A stretch of 64,000 nt of DNA from contig JBGPIA010000001.1 of assembly GCA_041484665.1 (NCBI GenBank), positions 576,001 through 640,000 of the forward strand. Reading direction: 5' to 3'. The stretch is from Candidatus Krumholzibacteriia bacterium. GTDB taxonomy: Bacteria; Krumholzibacteriota; Krumholzibacteriia; JAJRXK01. The notes beneath the pieces are model-generated. The model made no database searches, was not told the DNA's origin, and worked only from the letters and a program-made list of their open reading frames with translations. Both the position numbers and the translations under genes were made by a program. This document shows positions 58,101-64,000 of the stretch, piece after piece. Every line of letters begins with the position of its first letter. Position 1 is the stretch's first letter.

Positions 58101-58574
58101 TCAGCCGGATTGCGCGGCGTCTGGGCCGGTCTCACTGGGACCACGGCCGGTCTCGATCTGCCCCGGACCCTGCGGAGCGGTCCCCTCTGCTGCAGACACC
58201 CGTGCGGGCATCACCGGGTCGCCCCCCAGCCGCCGGTTGACCTTCTCCACGATCCGCTCCACCTGGCGCTGATGGCCAAACCAGAAGCCGAAGAACAGCA
58301 TCATCAGCAGCGGGTACTCCACGGCGTAGGGCGCGCGCAGCAGGATTGCCCACAAGAGCCCGATCCAGCACAACGACCCCATCCAGATGTGGATCATCGC
58401 CAGCCAATCCGTGCGGTCCCACGGGTTGCTCGTGCTCGGCCAGAAGGTGAAGTGCTGGCGGTTCGGCAGTGCGTGCTCGGTCCTCATCTCGTGCCAGGTC
58501 CCGTAGACGCCGCCGCCGACGCCGAGCAGCGTCCCGGCGATGCCGCCGATCAGTCCGAGTGTGCCACCGTCCAT
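58101..58574 (-). CDS. Small hypothetical membrane protein
   Basis: AAGGAGG RBS; 'MDGGTLGLIGGIAGTLLGVGGGVYGTW' plus two further hydrophobic segments. Confidence 0.7.
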   Translation of the reverse strand: MDGGTLGLIGGIAGTLLGVGGGVYGTWHEMRTEHALPNRQHFTFWPSTSNPWDRTDWLAMIHIWMGSLCWIGLLWAILLRAPYAVEYPLLMMLFFGFWFGHQRQVERIVEKVNRRLGGDPVMPARVSAAEGTAPQGPGQIETGRGPSETGPDAAQSG

Positions 58575-58802
58575 GGATCCTCCTTCGGTCCGCAGGCCCA
58601 GGGGCTTGCGGCGCGGCCAGGGCCACGAGGGGCGCATGCGGGCCCGGCGAGTTGACACGGACCTAGGCCGGGCCTGTAGGATGTCCGCACCCCGGCACTG
58701 GCAAGGAGCGTTCCCGTGCTCGTTTTTCTGGCGGCCTGCGACCGATGGCGGCGAATCGTTCCCGATCGTGGCTTGTCGCGCGCTCTGCGGCGGCTTTCCT
58801 GG

Positions 58803-60017
58803 ATGCTGCTCGCGCTTTTGCTGGCGCCAGGCGCCTCGCCCGCGCGCGCCGACCGAAACCACGACCACGGCGGGCCCAGCCCCCAGGCTGGCGCCCTTCG
58901 CCACCCACAGCTCGCCGTGCAGAGCGACGGCACGGTCGTGGCGATGTGGGGAGTGCCGTCCGCCAGTCACGGCGACGGCGGGGACCTGTACATCGCCCGT
59001 TGGCTGCGCGGTGACCGGTTGGGACCCGCGACCCGGATCAATGACGCACCAGGCTCGGTCGTGCTCATGGCCTTCGACGAGATCCGCCCATCGATCGCCA
59101 CGGGGTTCGCGGGACAGATCGCCGTCGCCTGGACCGATACGGCAGGCGATGTGCGCGTTGCCATCGGCCGCGACAGCGCGATCTGCTACGCGCCTTCGAT
59201 CCGTCTGAACCAGGACGCCGGCAAGGCGCGGCAGGCCTTCGCTGTCGTGACCTTCGACCGGGCCGGCGGGCTCCATGCCGCCTGGCTCGACGGGCGGCGA
59301 GCCAAGCCCGGCGAGGAGGAGCCCTGTGACCTGTTCTACGCGCGCGTTGCGGACGGCCGCGCCAGCGAGCAGGATGTGAGTGCTGCCCACTCGGCGTCCG
59401 TCTGCAGCTGTTGCCGCCCGTGGATCGGGCTCGACGCGCAGGGCCAGGTCGAGATCCTCTTCCGCAACACGACGCCCGAGGGTTACCGCGACATCTTCCG
59501 TACGCACCTGGGGGCCAGCGGGACCTTCTCCAGGCCCGAGCCGGTGGGCCCACCCCTGTGGAAGATCCGTGGTTGTCCCGCGGCCGGAGCGGTCGAGGCA
59601 GGCGGCAGCGTCGTCTGGCGCGACGGGTCCAGCGGGCGCATGCGATTGCTGCAGGACCGGGGCGGACAAGCCCCCATCGAGATTGCGGTCGCCGCCGCGG
59701 ACAGCGCCGTGGAGAGCCGCGCGGACAGCGACGTGGGCGGCGACACCGGCAACACTCGGCACAGCGCCCCGCGCTGGGCTCCAACCCGCTCGGCGCGCGG
59801 CGTCGCATCGCGCGGCGGCGTGCTGGCCGCACTGCTCGCCCAAGGCGAGCCGGCGCCACGCCTGCTGGTGCGCACCCAGGGCGAGTGGCGCGCGGCCGCC
59901 GTGGAACTGCCAACGTGGTGCGTCAGCGCTGCGTCGTTGGACAGCCTGGTCCTGTGCGCCGGGGTCGGTGCGGGCGGGCTGAAGCTCCAAGCCCTGCCCT
60001 GGGCTGAGCGCCGCTAA
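58803..60017 (+). CDS. Secreted BNR/sialidase-like beta-propeller protein with Cys/His motifs
   Basis: Signal peptide; 'NHDHGG'; 'AAWLDGR', 'VCSCCRP', 'FRN...RDI', 'WKIRGCP'; start uncertain (58716-58803). Confidence 0.7.
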   Translation: MLLALLLAPGASPARADRNHDHGGPSPQAGALRHPQLAVQSDGTVVAMWGVPSASHGDGGDLYIARWLRGDRLGPATRINDAPGSVVLMAFDEIRPSIATGFAGQIAVAWTDTAGDVRVAIGRDSAICYAPSIRLNQDAGKARQAFAVVTFDRAGGLHAAWLDGRRAKPGEEEPCDLFYARVADGRASEQDVSAAHSASVCSCCRPWIGLDAQGQVEILFRNTTPEGYRDIFRTHLGASGTFSRPEPVGPPLWKIRGCPAAGAVEAGGSVVWRDGSSGRMRLLQDRGGQAPIEIAVAAADSAVESRADSDVGGDTGNTRHSAPRWAPTRSARGVASRGGVLAALLAQGEPAPRLLVRTQGEWRAAAVELPTWCVSAASLDSLVLCAGVGAGGLKLQALPWAERR

Positions 60018-61900
60018 CGCGCCAGCACGATCTTGCCGCTGATGACGTCGCCGGCGCTCTCCACCCTCACCGTGTAGACGCCGCTGGCGACGGTCCGGCC
60101 GCTCTGGTCGGCTCCGTCCCAGACCACCTGGTGCAGACCCGCTTGGAGCGCGCCGTCGAGCAGCCGGCGCACATGGCGCCCCGCTACATCGAACACCTCG
60201 GCACGCACAGAGCCTGGCCGCGCCAGCGCGAAGCGGATCGCCGTGCGCGGATTGGAGGGGTTCGGCACGATGTCCACCAGGCCGATCGCGCGTCCGCCCG
60301 CGGGCTGCGGCGGCGGCGGCGTGGGCCCGGGCTCCACGCCCGTCCTCGCCACTACTGCCTGCACCGCCTTGAACGCGTTCACCTTCTTGCCGATCGGTTG
60401 GTCATAGGGAACGACGTCGCCGTTGTCGATGATGACCTGCGCAAGCTGCTGCGGGCTCAGGGACGGCACCTGCGATTTGACCAGCGCGCAGACCCCGGCA
60501 GCCAGTGGGCAGGCCATCGAGGTTCCGTCGGCCAGCATGTACGGGCTCACCCCGTCCCAGCCGAAGAACAGGATGTAGAAGAGCTGCGACAGGAAATCGA
60601 TCTCATAGTTCTGGCAGATCGAGGACAGGATCTGCGAGCCCGGCGCTCCCGCGTCGACCCACGGGCCGAAGTTGGAGAAGTCGGCGCGCGCGTTGGTTTC
60701 GTCGGTGGCCCCCACGGCCAGCACGCCATTGCTCGCCGCTGGATAGCTCAGTGTGCTCGTGACGTCATTGCCCGCGGCGGCGACGCACAGCACCCCGGAC
60801 GCCGTCGCGTCATCGACCAGCGTTTGGAAGAACTCGGGCACACCCGGATCGCCGGGCGCCCCGAAGCTCATCGACAGCACGTCGGCATGCATGTCCGAGG
60901 CGTACACGAATGCCGCGGCGACCGCCGCGTCCGGAATCTCGCCGGTGACCGGGTCGCTGACCTTCAGCGCCATGATCGAGCAACCCCAGCTCGCGCCGGC
61001 GCCGCCCTCGCCGTTGTTCGTGACGGCGGAGGCGATCCCGGCCACGTGCGTCCCGTGGAAGCCGATGTCCAGCCCCAGTGTGGGATCGATGGTGGGCTCC
61101 GGCAGCGGCACGCTGTCGTTGCCGCCGAAGTCCCAGCCGAACACGTCGTCGATAAACCCGTTGCCGTCGTCGTCGACGCCGTTGTCGGGGATCTCGCCGG
61201 GGTTCGTCCAGATCGTCGCCGCCAGATCCGGATGCGTGTAGTCCACGCCCGTGTCCATGATGGCGATGGTCGTCGTCCTCGCCCCCCGCGCCAGGTCCCA
61301 GGCCTCCGGGAGATGGATGTCAGCGCCGCCGGGTGAGTGGATGTGCCACTGCTGGGGCACCAGCGGGTCGTTGGGGATGGTGCTCAGCACGCGCACGTAG
61401 TAGTTGGGAATGACGGCGCGGAAGAGTCCGGTGGCGCGCAGCTCGGACGCGGCCGCCTCCGGGTCGAAGTCCGGTCTGCTGCTGAGCAGCTCGAGGTAGC
61501 GCCGGTGCAGGGCCTTGGCCGGCTCGGCCTGGTACAGATAGGCGAAGCGATCGAGACCGTGCTTCTGGAGGATGGCTGCGACCGGGCCGCTGTCCGCTTT
61601 CAGCGTCCCGCCGGACAGCGGGGTGAGCGGCGTGTCCTCACGCAGGATCGCCAGCACCTCTCCCGGCGCGTAGCGCGGCGGCACGGCCGTCGTGCGCGCT
61701 CGCGCAGCGGCAGCCAGCTGAGGAGGCAGGGCGGCGAGCATCCGCTCGCGCAGCGAACGCGAGCCAACGCTGCCGGCGGTCGCGGCGGCTGCGCTGTCGC
61801 GCGGGGACGCGCCACCCCGCAGCGAGGCATTGGCCCGCGGGGGCGCGCAGACGACGGCACAGACCGCGGCACACACGAGCAGGAGCGATGGGCGCTTCAT
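60014..61900 (-). CDS. S8 subtilisin-like serine peptidase with C-terminal FlgD-Ig/T9SS-CTD-like domain
   Basis: Signal peptide; 'IMDTG', 'HGTHVAG', 'AAAGN', 'GTSMACP'; 'PNPSNPRTAIRF..VFDVAGR..WDG.D.SG..VASGVY'. Confidence 0.93.
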   Translation of the reverse strand: MKRPSLLLVCAAVCAVVCAPPRANASLRGGASPRDSAAAATAGSVGSRSLRERMLAALPPQLAAAARARTTAVPPRYAPGEVLAILREDTPLTPLSGGTLKADSGPVAAILQKHGLDRFAYLYQAEPAKALHRRYLELLSSRPDFDPEAAASELRATGLFRAVIPNYYVRVLSTIPNDPLVPQQWHIHSPGGADIHLPEAWDLARGARTTTIAIMDTGVDYTHPDLAATIWTNPGEIPDNGVDDDGNGFIDDVFGWDFGGNDSVPLPEPTIDPTLGLDIGFHGTHVAGIASAVTNNGEGGAGASWGCSIMALKVSDPVTGEIPDAAVAAAFVYASDMHADVLSMSFGAPGDPGVPEFFQTLVDDATASGVLCVAAAGNDVTSTLSYPAASNGVLAVGATDETNARADFSNFGPWVDAGAPGSQILSSICQNYEIDFLSQLFYILFFGWDGVSPYMLADGTSMACPLAAGVCALVKSQVPSLSPQQLAQVIIDNGDVVPYDQPIGKKVNAFKAVQAVVARTGVEPGPTPPPPQPAGGRAIGLVDIVPNPSNPRTAIRFALARPGSVRAEVFDVAGRHVRRLLDGALQAGLHQVVWDGADQSGRTVASGVYTVRVESAGDVISGKIVLAR

Positions 61901-62034
61901 CGGGGACCTTCCCTGGGGGTTGCAGCCTCTGCGTTGGGGGCCTGGCGGTGCGGCCGTCTCGGTGCCAGCGACATCCGTCCCGGGCTTCGCCTTGCCGGGC
62001 CTTTCTGTGCTGGGCGTCTCCTGCGCGGCCTCTC

Positions 62035-63477
62035 CTATTGTAGCGCGTGGCGGCCCGTCCTGTCCGGACGAGCGGACGCCCGGGCGGCGCCGGCAGCCTT
62101 GGGTGGGGCCGGACGGGCGCGGTACTTCTCCCAGAGTCGGGTGTGGCGGCTCTCGAGTGAGACCTCCTTGCCGCCGATCCACATGCGCAGCACGCGGGTG
62201 CGGATGTCGAGTAGGTCGCCGTCGGTGGCGATCAGGTGCGCCTGCTTGCCCGGCTCGATGCTTCCCATGCGCTCTGCGACTCCGAGGATCTCGGCGGGCG
62301 TGAGTGTGACCGCCCGCAACGCAGCGTCCGCGGGCAGGCCGAAGGCGACCGACATTCCGGCCAGGTCGGGGAGGTTTCGTACGCCTGCCGCCGCGAAGGC
62401 GCCCGCGCCGCTGGCGATCGCGACCTTCACGCCGGCTGCCTGCAGGCGCCCCGCCAGGCCGTAGTTGGCATCGTAGGGGTCGGTGTCGCGTCCGGGCAGT
62501 CCGGTGACGCCGTCGATGATCACCGGGACGCCGGCGTGCGCCAGACGCGGGGCGACGTGGTCCGCCTCGCGGCCGCCCGCCAGCACCATGCGCAGGTCGT
62601 GTCGGGCGCACCAGTCGAGAGCCGCGCCGATCTCGCGCTCGCCGTCGGCGTGGATCATCACCGGGATCTCTTTGCGCAGCACCGGCCCCCAGGCGTCGTA
62701 GCGGAGGTCCTCGTCATGACGCTCGGTGTCCTTCTGCCCCATCGTCGCGCGCGCCTGGGCGTAGGCCCGCGCCTCGTCCACCAGCTGGTCGAGGTGCCGC
62801 AGGCGCTCGGCGCGTTGCTCGAGCTGCTTCTTGATTGGAATCTGCGCCTGCGGCGAGCGATCGAGCTGCATGGACGGCCAGCCGACGTGGAGCGCCACGG
62901 GGCCTTTGACCAGCATGGTCTCCCAGGTCCAACCGTCGAGGGCGATCAGGCCGCTGGTGCCGCGCAGGAGCGCCCCGCCCGGCGCAACCAGCGCGTGCGT
63001 GATGCCGCCCGCGCGCGCAACGGGAATCAGCTCGGAGTCGGGGTTGACGGCAGCATAGGCCCGCAGGTGCGGGTTGAGGTCGCCGATATCGCCCACGTCG
63101 TTGGTCGCCGCGACCGCCGCGACCTCCGTGAGGCCCAGCGACGTCATGGCGTCGATCATGCCCGGGTAGAGCCGCAGGCCGTGCAGGTCGATACGCACAG
63201 CCCCCGGCGGGACCGTCGTGGAGGCGGCTGGCCCGACGGCGGCGATGGCGCCGTCGTCGCCGATCACCACCACCCCCGGATCGTGCACGGCGCCGCTGAC
63301 CGTGATGACCGTCGCGCCCACCAGCGCTTGGGCCGCCTGCGCATCGCCCGGGCTCGCGCCGCCGATGGCGAGCGCCGCCAGGGCCAGCGCGGCGAGCCCG
63401 AGCGCCGCGAGGTGGCGAGCCCTGGTCCGCTGCAAGCAGCGAGGAGCGCCCCAGCTGCCCGATTCGAACGCTTGCAT
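62035..63477 (-). CDS. Amidohydrolase-family protein (second of a pair; first metal-binding motif degenerate)
   Basis: 'LYPGMIDAMTSLG', 'AGGIT', 'TLTPAEILGV..RMGSIEPGKQAHL', 'MWIGG'; start coupled to the upstream TGA. Confidence 0.88.
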   Translation of the reverse strand: MQAFESGSWGAPRCLQRTRARHLAALGLAALALAALAIGGASPGDAQAAQALVGATVITVSGAVHDPGVVVIGDDGAIAAVGPAASTTVPPGAVRIDLHGLRLYPGMIDAMTSLGLTEVAAVAATNDVGDIGDLNPHLRAYAAVNPDSELIPVARAGGITHALVAPGGALLRGTSGLIALDGWTWETMLVKGPVALHVGWPSMQLDRSPQAQIPIKKQLEQRAERLRHLDQLVDEARAYAQARATMGQKDTERHDEDLRYDAWGPVLRKEIPVMIHADGEREIGAALDWCARHDLRMVLAGGREADHVAPRLAHAGVPVIIDGVTGLPGRDTDPYDANYGLAGRLQAAGVKVAIASGAGAFAAAGVRNLPDLAGMSVAFGLPADAALRAVTLTPAEILGVAERMGSIEPGKQAHLIATDGDLLDIRTRVLRMWIGGKEVSLESRHTRLWEKYRARPAPPKAAGAARASARPDRTGRHALQ

Positions 63478-64000
63478 CACTTTCCCTCCTCGCGGGAGCC
63501 GCCACTCAGGTCGCCACGAGCGTCTCCGCGAGCTTCGGCGCGCATGTCATCGCGCAGGTCGCCGTGCAGGTCCGCGGCGTCTAGGCAGCCACGGCCGTGG
63601 CCGTCCCAGCGCAGCTCCTCCGGTGGATGGTACGGATCGCGGGATGCCGACCGGTCGCCCGGTCGAGTGCCGGCCGCGCCGCTGGCAGCCCCCGCGGCTC
63701 CGCCTGAGCGATCCGCGGCCGCCTTCGCGGCCTCTTTCGCCTTGGCGAGCAATGCGTCGTACTCGGCGCCCAGGCGAGCACGGATTTGCGCGTCGGCCGC
63801 GCGATCGAAGTACTGCTTGCCCTCGATCCAGGTCTGCTCGCAGACCGTGCTGGCGGCCAACGGACTCCCCGACCAGATGACGAAGTCCGCGTCCTTGCCC
63901 GGCTCCAGCGAGCCCATGCGCGCGTCGATGGCCAGCTGCTTCGCCGGGTTGAGCGTCACGAAGCGCAGAGCGTCCTCTTCGCTCGTGCCGCCGTACTTCA
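63477..64000 (-). CDS. Amidohydrolase-family protein, C-terminal part (5' end outside the window)
   Basis: 'ALRFVTLNPAKQLAIDARMGSLEPGKDADFVIWSGSPL..QTWIEGKQYFDR'. Confidence 0.88.
   Translation of the reverse strand, partial: KYGGTSEEDALRFVTLNPAKQLAIDARMGSLEPGKDADFVIWSGSPLAASTVCEQTWIEGKQYFDRAADAQIRARLGAEYDALLAKAKEAAKAAADRSGGAAGAASGAAGTRPGDRSASRDPYHPPEELRWDGHGRGCLDAADLHGDLRDDMRAEARGDARGDLSGGSREEGK

Overview
Very GC-rich (roughly 70% by eye), gene-dense bacterial chromosome window with about 52 protein-coding genes. I saw no rRNA, tRNA, CRISPR array, transposase or integrase. Two secreted proteins ending in a FlgD-Ig/T9SS-CTD-like domain, two ending in a 'WGxxKxxY' tail, and a Bacteroidota-type sdhCAB suggest an FCB-superphylum organism such as Ca. 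Krumholzibacteriota, Eisenbacteria or Latescibacterota (inference). Contents: arsS plus an AhpD-like partner, a TPR-CHAT protease, many peptidases (two M16, M2/ACE, S9A, S8, rhomboid), thiD, an Rrf2-sulfate ABC operon, archease-rtcB, arcC, amrS, recD2, Nfu, a pilin, nrtR-nadA, an NSS transporter, tal-rpiB, a PLD3-like lipoprotein, a PuuD-like protein between two cupredoxin-like paralogs, a MacAB-like ABC system, sdhCAB and paired amidohydrolases. Top finding: the ORF track splits one gene at an in-frame TGA (48582-48584). The TGA sits in a rhodanese active-site loop (YCGGPT-TGA) and is followed by a SECIS-like hairpin. Read-through gives a 421-aa selenocysteine-rhodanese fused to a 2-TM K+-channel pore (filter TSVGFGD). 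Also notable are an uncalled 36-aa MetS-like subunit, tandem NrtR-type operators and a sigma54-type promoter before the pilin.
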